From positions 66,342,001 through 66,406,000 of the forward strand of contig CM059432.1 of the NCBI GenBank assembly GCA_030390025.1: a DNA stretch of 64,000 nucleotides, written 5' to 3'. Below, piece by piece: positions 36,378 to 48,248 of the stretch. The position numbers and the translations under genes are program-made. A model generated the notes under the pieces. The model was not told where the DNA came from and ran no database searches. It worked only from the letters and a program-made list of their open reading frames with translations. This stretch comes from Squalus acanthias. Its lineage: Eukaryota. How positions within the stretch are numbered: position 1 is the first letter of the stretch; every line of letters begins with the position of its first letter.

Positions 36378-36615
36378 GAGGTGTGACGAAATGTTGGTCA
36401 ATTTTTTATTAAAGGCCGAAGTTCGTGTTCAAACTTTTGTTTAGTGTTTTGGACATTATTTCCAGGTTGTGAGAAGCAGTTATGTTAATGAATGATTGTT
36501 TGTGTTTGTTTCTATTAGTTTGTCATGAAGAAATGACACACACAGAGTTTGTAAAATAAAAAAGTTTTTGTATTCAAAATGTACAGGTTTGGCCTTTGGA
36601 CTCCTCAGTAGGGGT

Positions 36616-37766
36616 CTAGGAGCGGCTTGTTATCAGCCGTTGACGGACGGCCCTTGCAGTTTCAACATTGTGGGCCTCGCTCCCACCTTGGTGCTGCTGC
36701 TGATCATCCTCCTCCTCTTCCTCCTCCTCCTCTGGTGGTGCTCCAAGGCCTGGTGGCATTGGCTGGGTCCTGAAGATTGCCAGGTTATGCAACATGCAGC
36801 ACACAACTATGAAGAGGGAGACTCGCTCAGGCGAGTACTGCAGGGCTCCTCCTGAGTGATCCAGACAGTGGAACCATTGCTTGAGCACGCCGATCGTCTG
36901 CTCAACGATGTTCCTGGTGGTGAGATGGCTCTCGTTGTACCGCAGCTCAGCAGGGGTGTTGGGGTTACGGAGCGGTGTCATCAGCCAGGTGCACAGTGGA
37001 TAACCCTTGTCCCTGAGGAGCCAACCACTTGGCTGATGCGGTGCCTGGAAAAGTTCTGGCACAGCAGTCTGGCACAGGATGAAAGCATCGTGGCTGCTGC
37101 CAGGATAGCGGGCATTGACAGCGAGTATCAGCTGTCTGTGGTCACAGACGAACTGGAAGTTTAAGGAGTGGAACCCCTTGCGGTTTCGGAAAACCTCTGC
37201 ATTCTCATGCGGTGCCCGCAATGCCACATGCGTGCAGTCAATGGCGCCCTGCACCATGGGGAAGCCCGCTATCCTCGCAAAGCCCAATGTGCGTTCATGC
37301 TGTTTGGCCCGGGTCATCGGGAAACAGATGTACTGCCGTCTCTTTTTATAGAGGGCATTTGTGACCTGACGGATACAGCAATGGACCGCAAACTGGGAGA
37401 TATTGGCGATGTCCCCAGTAGCTGCTTGAAAAGAGCCGGTGGCATAAAAGTTCAGAGCCACTGTGACCTTCACTGCCACCGATAGAGACGTCCTGGTCCT
37501 CAGTAGAGGCTGCAGATCTGGCTGCAGCAGGTGGCAGAGCTCAGTGACTACCTCCCTGCTGAAGCGCAGCCTTCGCAAACACTGCTCCTCAGACAAATTA
37601 ATGTGGGAGAATTGTTGCCGATATACCCTGGGAGGGTAAGGTCTCCTGTACAGAGGCCTGTTGGCCCTCCTCTGTCTGGCCATGATTGGCACTCTCTCTC
37701 TCTGCGTCTCTATTGCCTCCAATTCTGCAGGCGCAGGACGACGCCCCGAATCAGTGCAGCCCCCAT
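36616..37766 (-). CDS. H2 Harbinger DDE transposase (HARBI1-like). Native ATG 37766 is disrupted, but the frame is open from ATG 37683 (355 aa)
   Basis: GAIDCTHV, FRNRKGFHSLN, GSSHDAF, RDKGYP, YNESHLTTRNIVEQTIGVLK and CCMLHNLA all lie in one uninterrupted frame. Confidence 0.85.
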
Positions 37767-38305
37767 AGTCTCTTGGTAATCGAAGGTCAAATCCAAAAGT
37801 ACCTGCAAAGTGATGCTCAGTAGCCAAAACTACTTCACACAGCGTTGACTCTATGCAGAAGTCTTTCCTTCTCTCTCTCAGAATCTCTCTCTCTGTCAGA
37901 ATGAGTGGTGCAAAAATGGCTACCACTGAAAAAGCCAGGAAGAGGCCGCCTTTAAATAGCGCCCCCCGCCCCCCCCCCCCCCCCGCCCCTCACCGACTGG
38001 GAAACGTTCCAGTCTACCTGTCGTTGCTTGCACCAGGCGGAAAGGAGGGGGGCACCACTCAATATCCGGTCCAGGGGCACCACAAGGGCGTTGCACGCTC
38101 GACTGACGTCACGATCTGCGGGCGCAGGAGATCGGGGCGGTAATGTTTAGCATTGGCGCAAAATGTCTGGTCAATTTTGCGAGCAGGCGCAGACATCGCC
38201 GTGTCCGGGTGTTAGTTGCTTTGCACCCCATTAGTGCCTTCTTAAGGCGCTAATGGGGGGCGCAAACCAACCGAATTTTTCCCCCTATGATTCTATGATT
38301 CTATG

Positions 38306-39180
38306 CCAGCAGAATCCTTGCTACCCTTTGGAGCGTGTACTGTAGGATTCCACCAGAACTCTCTGGGCAGTGAAATCTGCTCTTCAAGACCTCGATGGAC
38401 CCCTCCAACACAAGCCTTATTGTTGAATGGGCCTGGTTGTCTCTGCCTGGTTTCTCAGTTGTTGCACTGGAGTCATAAGTCACATCAGTAGGGTGTATGC
38501 CTTGTCTCTCAGCATCCATCCATTCACATGGTTGTCCTCATGGAAGAGGGCAGGGATTTCCGAGAGTTGAGGAATAAATGCATTGTGGCAGCTGCCTGCA
38601 TGCTGGGTATTGACATGCGGCCTCAGACAGTCTGTACATTGAGTGAATGGAATCCCTTCCTGTTCACATCAGTCAAAGGCTAATCTGCAGTGCCACATGC
38701 ATGCCATTTATCACACGCTGGGGAAACCAGCTAGTTGATACAACCCCCTGGCTCTCTCCCTGTTTTGCATGGGTGTGATGCTGAAGTTGATTAACACTGT
38801 TGCTCTGTTGAACAGCACATCCATGACCTGCCAAATGGCTGCCCTGACTGTTCCCTGGCTGATGTTGCACAGATTGTCTGTGGTAACTTAGAATGGCCTG
38901 GAGCCAAAACGTTCATAGCCACAGTCAGAGCAGTTCTGATAGTGGAAGGCTGCAGATCTTCACATAGAAGGTTGTGCAATGGCAGAATTATACAATCTCA
39001 CGCTTCTAACACTCCTCCAAGAGGTCCTTGTATGGCCTATAAAGAGACTGGATAATACTACCTTGTGAGCTGGTGTCTTCTGCTGTGTTGCCTTATTTTC
39101 CTTGGCTCCACGTGGTGTTGTTCCTCCTCCTCTATAAAGATGGCATAGAGATGTATGGCCATGGGGGATGCAATACCATC
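38306..39180 (-). pseudogene. Older degenerate Harbinger transposase
   Basis: Fragments NQAHSTIRLVLEGSIEVLKSRFHC..SGGILQY and LCEDLQPSTIRTALTVAM, with many frameshifts. Confidence 0.75.
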
Positions 39181-39844
39181 TCCAGAGTCGTTCTGAGTGT
39201 GGGGGGTCATCAGAGGGGTTGGGGGTACAAAACGGTAGGGTGGGGTGGGACTGTAGCACTGTGCGAGGATAGGGGGGGAGTGCAAGTCTCAGTGAGCACA
39301 AAAATGGGTTGAGAAAAGGTTCTGTAGAGTCAGAAATCCACTAATACAGTTTGATGACTCTTTAAAGCTCTCAAACTTCTCACTTGCACTTGAAACTGGG
39401 GGAGCAACAGCACCTGTTTTACATGGGTGTAAGTTACCCAGAATGCAGTAGTAACATAAAAGCAGAAAATTCTTATCCACAGTGCCACAGGTGATGGGCA
39501 CATTTATGCCAATGAGCCCCACAGGACTTTGGTGTGTGGATAGTGAAAGCTGCTAAAAAGAATGAGGACATTCGTGTTTAGCAGTTAAATGGCACAAAAG
39601 AGGCAGATTTCGCTAAAATGCAAATTTCCACAAACATTTCGGTGCAATACGACCTAAGTGCTGAAGATAGCAAGGAAACTCAGAGCCAATTTCTCTAGCC
39701 TTTTACCAGTGTCAGTCCCTCATGAAGTATCATGTACAACATCGATGGCACCTGTATCACAGGTACATTACAGGTTTATAGGTTCAATCAGTGGTTTCCA
39801 CCTATGATTATATTCAGGGTGCATTATGGACTGGCAGCTGAATC

Positions 39845-40128
39845 ATAGCATCATAGAATCATAGAAATTTATGGCACAGAAGGAGGCCATTTGGCCCATT
39901 CTGTCTGTGCCGGCCGAAAAAGAGCTATCCAGCCTAATCCCAATTTCCAACTCTTGGTCCATAGCTTTGTAGGGTATGGCACTTCAAGTGCATATCCAAG
40001 TACTTTTTAAATGTGATGAGGGTTTCTGCCTCTACCATCCTTTCAGGCATTGAGTTCCAGACCCCCACCACCCTCTGGATGAAAAAAATTCTCCTCAACT
40101 CCCCTCTAATCCTGCTACCAATTACTTA
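39845..40128 (-). mobile_element. CR1 3' fragment
   Basis: Reverse-complement homolog of 705-948 with (TCATAGAA)n tail. Confidence 0.85.
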
Positions 40129-40146
40129 GATACTAGATTTAGGTAA

Positions 40147-40317
40147 AAATGAGAAGTCGCACAACACCAGGTTATAGTCCAACAGTTTTATTTAAAATTA
40201 CGAGCTTTCGGAGCACTGCTCCTTCTTCAGGTACAAGTACCTGAATAAAACTGTTGGACTATAACCTGGTGTTGTGTGACTTCTCAAGTCCAACACCGGC
40301 ATCTCCGCATCATGACC
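40147..40317. mobile_element. Penelope-type inverted pseudo-LTR mini-insertion
   Basis: 12-bp TSD AGATTTAGGTAA (40135-40146 / 40318-40329), inverted arms, same family as 52167-52373. Confidence 0.8.
40199..40233 (-). ncRNA. Minimal type I hammerhead ribozyme motif
   Basis: Minus strand TAC-CTGAAGA-A-GGAGC(AGT)GCTCC-GAAA-GCTC-GTA: intact CUGANGA and GAAA core, 5-bp stem II, palindromic AGCU stem III, CUC site. Confidence 0.75.
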
Positions 40318-42389
40318 AGATTTAGGTAAGGCTGACCTCAATGCGATGAGACAGAGACTGTCCATAGTTAAATGGGCAAATCTGTTAATGGGTAAAATGA
40401 CAGAAGATCAGTGGGACATGTTCAAAAAAGAATTTAATGTGATATAGAACCGTTTATAAAACCCGTAGGAGCAAGAGCTCCACTTGCCAAAAAAAACAGC
40501 CATGGACAACTAAAGAGGCAAGATACAACATAAAACTAAAAGAAAAAGTGCACAAAAATGCAAAAAATAGCACAGATCCTGGCGAATGGGAAAATACAAA
40601 GAACAGCAAAGGGTGACAAAACAGATATTAAGAGCTATAAAAAGGGAGTATGAAGGGATATCAAAATAAACACAATTTTTTTTTTACAATTATATTAAGA
40701 AAAAGAGGGTGGTCAGGAGCAATGTTGGCCCCCTGAAAACTGATATCGGTGATATTGTCAATGATAATAAGGAAATGGCAGACATGTTGAATAATTACTT
40801 TGTGTCAGTATTTATAGTAGGTAGGTCATGCCTGACAAACCTGATAGAATTTTTTGAAGAGGTGACTAAAGTAGTGGATAGGGGAATGTCTATGCATGTT
40901 ATTTATATGGACTTCCAGAAGGCATTTGATAAAGTCCCTCATAAGAGATTGTTAACGAAGGTAGAAGCCCATGGAATTGAAGGCAAATTATTGACCTGGT
41001 TAGGAAATTGGCTGAGCGGCAGGAGACAGTGAGTAGGGATAATGAGCAGGTACTCTGACTGGCAGGATGTGACTCATGGTGTCCCGCAGGGATCTGTGTT
41101 GGGGCCTCAACTATTACTGTATTTATTAACAACTTAGATGACTGGATAGAAAGACACATATCCAAATTTGCCGATGACAAAAAGATAGGCGGCATTGTAG
41201 GTGGTGTAGATGAAAGCATAAAATTACAAATTTAAGTGAATGGGCGAAACTGTGGCAAATGGATTTCAATGTAGGCAAATGTGAAGCCATCCACTTTGGA
41301 TCTAAAAAGGATAGAACAGGGTACTTTCTAAATGATGAGAAGCTAAAAATAGTGGAGGTCCAAAGAGACTTGGGGGTCCAGGTACATAGATCATTAAAAT
41401 GTCATGAAAAGGTACAGAAAATGATCAAAAGGCTAATGGATTGCTGGCCTTTATATCTAGAGGACTAGGATACAAGGGGGTAGAAGTTATGCTGCAGCTA
41501 TACAAAGCCCTGGTTAGACCACACCTGGAGTACTGTGAGCAGTGCTGGGCACCACACCTTAGGAAGGATATATTAGTTTTGGAGGGAGTGCAGCGTAGGT
41601 TTACCAGAATGATATCCGGATTCCAGGGGTTAAATTACGAAGAGAGATTACACAAACTAGGGTTGTATTCCCTAGAATTTAGAAGGTTAAGGGGTGATTT
41701 GATTGAAGTTTTCAAGATATTATGGGGAACAGATAGGGTAGATGGAGAGAAACTATTTCCGCTGGTTGGGGAGTCTAGGACCAGGGGGCATTCTCTAAAG
41801 ATTAAAGCCAGACCTTTCAGGAATGAAATTAGGAAACACTTCTACAAAGGATGGTAGAAGTTTGGAACTCTCTTCCGCAAATGGCATTTGATGCTAGATC
41901 AATTGTTAATTTTAAATCTGAGATTGATATATTTTTGTTAACCAAAGGTATGAAGGGATTGGGGCAAAGTGGGGTATATGGAGTTAGGTCGCAGATCAGC
42001 CATGATCTAATTGAATGGCGGAACAGGCTTGAGGGTCTAAATGGCCTACTCCTTGTTCCTATGCTCCTAAGTTTAAATCTATACCCCCTGGTTATTGACC
42101 TCTCTGCAAAGGGAAATAGGTCCTTGCTATCCACTCTATCTAGGCCCCTCATAATTTTATACACCTCAAATAAATCTCCCCTCAGCCTCCTCTATTCCAA
42201 AGAAAACAACCCCAGCCTATCCAATCTTTCCCCATAGCTAAAATTCTTCGGTCCTGGCAGCATCCGTGTAAATCTCCTCTTTACCCTCTCTAGTGCAGTC
42301 ACATCTTTCCTGTAATGTGGTGACCAGAACTGTACACAGGACTCTAGCTGTGACCTAACTAATGTTTTATACAGTTCTAGCATAACCTC

Positions 42390-42537
42390 ATACAAAAGCA
42401 AAATACTGCGGATGCTGGAAATCTGAAATAAAAACAGAAAATTCTAGAAATACTCAGCAGGTCAGGCAGCATCTGTGGAGAGAGAAATAGAGATAACGGT
42501 TCAGGTCCATGACCTTTCGTCAGAACTGGGAACTAAT
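42390..42537 (-). mobile_element. Penelope-type pseudo-LTR fragment (second family) with a mutated hammerhead
   Basis: TSD ATAACCTC (42382-42389 / 42538-42545). Minus strand AGTT-CTGACGA-A-AGGTC(ATG)GACCT-GAAC-CGTT at 42491-42527. Confidence 0.7.
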
Positions 42538-42889
42538 ATAACCTCCCTGCTCTTATATTCTATGCCTTGGAAAATAAAGGGAAGTATCCCGTATGCCTTC
42601 TCAACTGCCTTTTCTGCCCACCTGACCAGTCCATTGATATCTTCCTGCAGTCTACAGCTTTCTTCCTCACTATCAACCACACGGCCAATTTTCATGTCAT
42701 CTGCAAACTTCTTGATCATGCCCCCCACATTGAAGTCTAAATCATTGATATATGCCATGAAAAGCAAGAGACCCAGTACTGAGCTCTGCGGAACACCACT
42801 GGAAACAGCCTTCCAGTTACAAAAACACTCGTCGACTATTACTCTTTGCTTCCTGCCACTGAGCAAATTTTGGATCCAACGTGCCACTT

Positions 42890-45800
42890 TACAACAACAA
42901 CAACTTGTATTTATATAGCGCCTTTAATGTAGTAAAACGTCCCAAGGCAGTATTTTAAGACAAAAAATTTGACACCGAGCCACATAAGGATAAATTAGGG
43001 CAGGTGACCAAAAGCTTGGTCAAAGAGATGGGTTTTAAGGAGCGTCTTAAAGGAGGAAAGAGAGGTAGTGAGGCGGAGAGGTTTAGGCAGGGAATTCCAG
43101 AGCTTAGGGCCTAGGCAGCTGAAGGCACGGCATCCAAAGGTTTAGCGATTATAATCAGGGATGCTCAAGAGGGCAGAATTAGAGGAGTGCAGATATCTCG
43201 GGGGTTGTGGGGCTAAAGGAGATTACAGAGGTAGGAAGGGGCGAGGTTATGGAGGGATTTGAGAACATGGATGAGAATTTTGAAATCGAGGCGCTGCTTA
43301 ACCGGGGGCCAATGTAGGTCAGCGAGCACAGGGGTGATGGGCGAACGTGACTTGGTGTGAGTTAGGACACGGGCAGCCGAGTTTTGAATGACCTCAAGTT
43401 TACGTAGGAGTGCGTTGGATTAGTCAAGTCTAGAGGTAACAAAGGCATGGATGAGGGTTTCAGCAGCGGATGAGCTGAAGCAAGGGCGGAGACGGGCGAT
43501 GTTACGGAGGTGGAAGTAGGTGGTCTTTGTTATGCTGCGGATATGTGGTCGGAAGCTCATTTCAGGCTCAAATATGATACCAAGGTTGCGAACAGTGTGG
43601 TTCAGCCTCAGACAGATGTTAGGGAGAGGGATGGAGTCAATGTCTAGGGAACGGAGTTCGTGGCGGGAACCAAAAACAATGGCTTCAGTCTTCCCAATAT
43701 TTAATTGGAGAAAATTTCTACTCAACCAGAACTGTATGTCAGACAAGCAGTCTGACAATTAGACACCGTGGAGGGGTCGAGAGAAGAGGTAGTGAGGTAG
43801 AGCTGGGTGTCGTCGGTGTACATATGGAAACTGACGCTGTGTTTTCGGATGATGTCGCCAAGAGGCAACATGTAGATGAGAAATAGGAGGTAGGCAAGGA
43901 TAGATCCCTGGGGGACACCAGAGGTAACGATGTGGGAATGGGAACAGAAGTCGTTGCAGGTGATTCTCTGGTTACGATTAGATAGATAAGAATGGAACCA
44001 GGTGAGTGCAGTCCCACCCAGCTGGATGACGGTGGAGAGGCGTTGGAGAAGGATGGAGTGGTCAACCATGTCAAAGGCTGCAGACAAGTCAAGAAGGATG
44101 AGGAGGGATAGTTTACCTTTGTCACAGTCACAAAAGATGTCATTTGTGACTTTGATGAGAGCTGTTTCGGTACTGTGGCAAGGGCGGAAACCTGATTGGA
44201 GGGATTCAAACATAGAATTGCGGGAAAGATGGGCATGGATTTGGAAGGCGACAACACGTTGAAGGACTTTGGAGAGGAAAGGGAGGTTGGAGATGGGGAA
44301 TAGTTTGCAAGGACGGAGGCATCAATTGTTGTTTTTTTGAGGAGAGGGGTGATGATGGCAGATTTGAGGGAGACTGGGACAGTACCTGAGGAGAGAGAAC
44401 CATTAACAATATCAGCTAACATGGGAGCCAGAAAAAGAAACATAGAAACATAGAAGATAGGAGCAGGAGTAGGCCATTCGGCCCTTCGAGCCTGCACCGC
44501 CATTCGATGAGATCATGGCTGATCATCCAAACTCAGTACCCTGTCCCTGCCTTCTCCCCATGTCCCTGCTTTCGCCCCATATCCCTTGATACCTTTAGCC
44601 TTAAGAAATATATCTAACTCCTTCTTGAATATATTTAATGAATTGGCCTCAACTGCCTTCTGTGGTAGAGAATTCCACAGGTTCACCACTCTCTGGGTGA
44701 AGAAATTCCTCCTCATCTCTGTCCTAAATGGCTTACCCCTTATCTTTAGACTGTGACCTCTTGTTCTGGACTCAGCCGCCATCGGGAACATCCTTCCTGC
44801 ATCCAGTCTGTCTAGCCCTGTTAGAATTTTATAAGTTTCAATGAGATGTCCTCTCATTCTTCCAAACTCCAGCGACTATAAGCCCAATCAACCCAATCTC
44901 TCCTCGTACATCATTCCTGCCATCCCAGGTATCAGTCTGGTGAATCTTTGCTGCACACCCTCCATGGCAAGAACATCCTTCCTCAGATAAGGCGACCAAA
45001 ACTGCACACAATACTCAAGGTGTGGTCTTATCAAGGCCCTGTACAACTGCAGCAAGACATCCTTGTTCCTGTACTCAAACCCTCTCGCTACGAAGGCCAA
45101 CATACCATTTGCCTTCTTAACCGCCTGCTGTACCTGCATGCTTACCTTCAGCGACTGGTGCACAAGGACACCCAGGTCTCGTTGCACTTCCCCTTCTCCC
45201 AATCTATTGCCGTTCAGATAATAATCTGCCTTTCTGTTTTTGCCACCAAAGTGGATAACCTCGCATTGATCCACATTATACTGCATCTGCCATGCTTCTG
45301 CCCAATCACCCAACCTGTCCAAATCATACTGGAGTTTGTCAGCATCCTCCTCGCAGCACACACACCCGCCCAGCTTTGTGTCATCTGCAAACTTGGAGAT
45401 ATTATATCTAGTTCCCTCGTCTAGATCATTAATATATATAGTGAATAGCTGGGGTCCTAGGACCGATCCCTGCGGAACCCCACTCGTCACTGCCTGCCAC
45501 TCTGAAAAAGACCCGTTTATTCCAACTCTTTGCTTCCTGTCTGCCAACCAGTTCTCTATCCAAGTCAGTACCTTGCCTCCAATCCCATGTGCCTTAACTT
45601 TACACGCTAATCTCTTATGCGGGACCTTATCAAAAGCCTTCTGAAAGTCCAAATACACCACATCCACTGGTTCTCCCTTATCTATTCTATCAGTTACATC
45701 CTCAAAAAATTCCAGTAGATTAGTCAAGCACGATTTATCTTTTGTAAATCCATGTTAACTTTGTGCGATCCTGTCACTGTTTTCCAAGTGCTCTGCTATT

Positions 45801-46420
45801 ACATCTTTTATAATGGACTCTAGCATTTTCCCCACAACCGCTGTCAGGCTTACCGGTCTATAATTCCCCGTTTTTACTTTACCACCTTTTTTGAACAGTG
45901 AGGTAACATTAGCTACCCTCCAATCCATGGGAACTGTTCCAGAGTCTATAGAATTTTGGAAGATGACCAGCAATGCATCTACTATTTCTAGGGCCACTTC
46001 CTTAAGTACCCTAGGATGTAGATTATCAGGCCCTGGGGATTTATCGGCCTTTAATGCCGTCAATTTCCCAAACACCATTTCCCTACAAATACTGATTTCA
46101 TTCAGTTCCTCCTTCTCATTAGACCCTATGTTCCCCGACATCTCTGTGAGGTTATTTGTGTTCTCCTTTGTGAAGACAGAAGTTGGGTGGTCAGCAGTTT
46201 GGTGGGAATCGGGTCGAGGGAGCAGGAAGTGGGTCTCATGGATAAGATGAGTGCAGAAAAGTAATGAGGGGAGATTGGTGAGAAACTGGAGAAAGATATG
46301 AGTTCAGGGCTAGGACAGGGGGCGACCTTAGAGGAAGTTTGGCCCAGTGGGCTAGGGGAAGGAAGGGAAGTGGCAGAGGCAGCTGAATGGATGGTCTCAA
46401 TCTTAGAAACAAAGAAGCCC
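42890..46420 (-). mobile_element. L2 LINE (42890-44433 and 46181-46420) split by CR1
   Basis: ORF 43722..44213 (QSGFRPCHSTETAL, LDLSAAFD, YTDDTQLY) and ORF 43420..43758. 3' end GGCGCTATATAAATACAAG(TTG)n. Confidence 0.9.
44434..46180 (-). mobile_element. Young 5'-truncated CR1
   Basis: ORFs 45755..46141, 44888..45727 and 44513..44857. (TTCTATGT)n tail. Confidence 0.95.
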
Positions 46421-46503
46421 ATTTTCCCTTGGATCCAATGAGCTTTTAATTTTTTGACCAGTCTGCCATGTGAGACCTTGTCAAAAGCCTTGCTAAAATC
46501 CAT

Positions 46504-48247
46504 TTAGACCATTGAAGAACAACAAGGCCTCAGGAGCAGATGGAATCCCTGCCGAGGCACTAAAGCATGGCGGTGAAGCACTATTGGCGTGAATACATGA
46601 ACTCATTTCTCTTATTTGGAAGGAGGAGAGCATGCCAGGGGATCTCAGAGATGCCGTAATCGTGACCATCTTCAAGAAAGGTGACAAATCCGATTGGGAT
46701 AATTACAGAGGAGTTTCCCTGCTGTCTGCCACAGGGAAAGTCATCGCAAGAATCCTCCTCAATCGCCTTCTCCCAGTGGCTGAAGAGCTCCTCCCAGAGT
46801 CGCAATGCGGATTCCGCCCACTAAGGGGCACAATGGACATGATCTTCACCGCGTGTCAAATACAAGAGAAATGCAGGGAACAGCACCAACCACCGTACAT
46901 GGCCTTCTTTGACCTCACAAAGGCCTTTGGCACTGTCAACCGTGAGGGATTATGGAGTGTCCTCCTCAAATTCGGCTGCCCTCAAAAGTTTGTTACCATC
47001 CTCTGCCTGCTTCATGACGACATGCAAGCTCTGATCCTGACCAACGGATCCACCACATACCCAATTCACGTATGGACCGGGGTCAAGCAAGACTGTGTCA
47101 TTGCACCAACGCTCTTCTCGATCTTCCTTGCTTCAATGCTCCATCTCACCCTCAGTAAGCTCCCCGCTGGAGTGGAGCTAATCTACAGAACAAACGGGAG
47201 ACTGTTCAACCTCCGTCGCCTCCAGGCCAGATCCAAGGTCGTCCCATCCTCTGTCATCAAATTACAGTATGCAGACGACGCTTGCCTCTGCGCACACTCG
47301 GAGGTCGAACTCCAAACCATTGTCAACACTTTCACCGAAGCGTACGAGAGCATGGGCCTTACACTAAACATCCGTAAGACAAAGGTCCTCTACCAACCTG
47401 CCCCTGCCACACAGTAATGCCCGCCGATTATCAAAATCCACGACGAGGCCTTGGACAACATGGACCACTTTCCATACCTCGGGAGCTTACTGTCAACAAG
47501 GGCAGACATCGATGACGAAGTCCAACACCGCCTTCAGTGTGCCAGTGCAGCCTTCGGTCGCCTGAGAAAGAGAGTGTTTGAAGACCAGGACCTCAAACCT
47601 GGCACCAAGCTCATGGTCTACAGAGCATTCCTGTATGCTTCAGAGACATGGACCATGTACAGCAGGCACCTCAAAGCACTGGAGAAGTACCAGCAATGCT
47701 GTCTCCACAAGATCCTGCAAATCCATTGGCAGGATAGGCGCATCAACGTCAGTGTTCTCGCTCAGGTCAACATCCCCAGCATCGAAGCTTTGACCACGCT
47801 CGATCAGCTCCGATGGACGGGCCACATTGTCCGCATCCCAAAACAAGTGCTCTACTCGGAGCTCCGACACGGCAGGAAGAGCCCCAGGTGGGCAGAGGAA
47901 ATGCTTCAAGGACACCCTCAAAGCCTCCTTGAAAAAGTGCAACATCCCCTCGGACACCTGAGAATCCCTGGCCCAAGACCGCACAAAGTGGAGGAGAAGC
48001 ATCCGGGAAGGCGCCGAACACCTCGAGTCTCTTCGCCGGGAGCAAGCGGAAGCCAAGCGCTAACAGCGGAAGGAGCGCACGTCAACCCAAGCACCCCACC
48101 CACCCGCCCCTTCAACCACCATCTGTCCCACCTGTGACAGAGACTGTAGGTCCCGCATTGGACTCATCAGTCACCTGAGAACTCATTTTTAGTGTGGAAG
48201 TAAGTCATCCTCGGTTCCGAGGGACTGCCTAAGAGAGAGAGTGAGAG
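46504..48247 (+). mobile_element. RTE-clade LINE, 5'-truncated
   Basis: ORF 46632..47417 (PESQCGFR, GVKQDC, LQYADD) and ORF 47451..48137. C-terminal C2H2-like CPTCDRDCRSRIGLISHLRTH and (AG)n tail. Confidence 0.9.
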
Positions 48248-48248
48248 A

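Larger units (their letters stand above)
34251..38285. mobile_element. Full-length two-gene PIF/Harbinger transposon H2
   Basis: 16-bp TIR GGGGGAGAAATTCAGT / ACCGAATTTTTCCCCC. Colinear with H1 but clearly diverged. Inserted in a CR1 tail. Confidence 0.95.
40130..42068 (+). mobile_element. CR1 fragment with an internal deletion near 40818 and a Penelope insertion
   Basis: ORFs 40709..41032, 41259..41468 and 41441..41857. Same subfamily as 63173-64000, which retains the deleted segment. Confidence 0.9.
42070..46503 (-). mobile_element. CR1 fragment (42070-42889 and ~46420-46503) split by Penelope, L2 and a younger CR1
   Basis: ORFs 42192..42401, 42501..42887 and the start of 46126..46503 (MDFSKAFDKVSHGRL). 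Confidence 0.8.

Noticed and set aside
37767..37926. N-terminal extension of the 436-aa ORF 36616..37926
   Set aside because: Non-ATG start in 5' untranslated sequence. H1 shows the true start is MGAAL (ATG 37766), shifted out of frame in H2.
29375..38285. Host HARBI1/NAIF1 genes or a tandem duplication
   Set aside because: TIRs, different flanks and disabling mutations show independent transposon copies.
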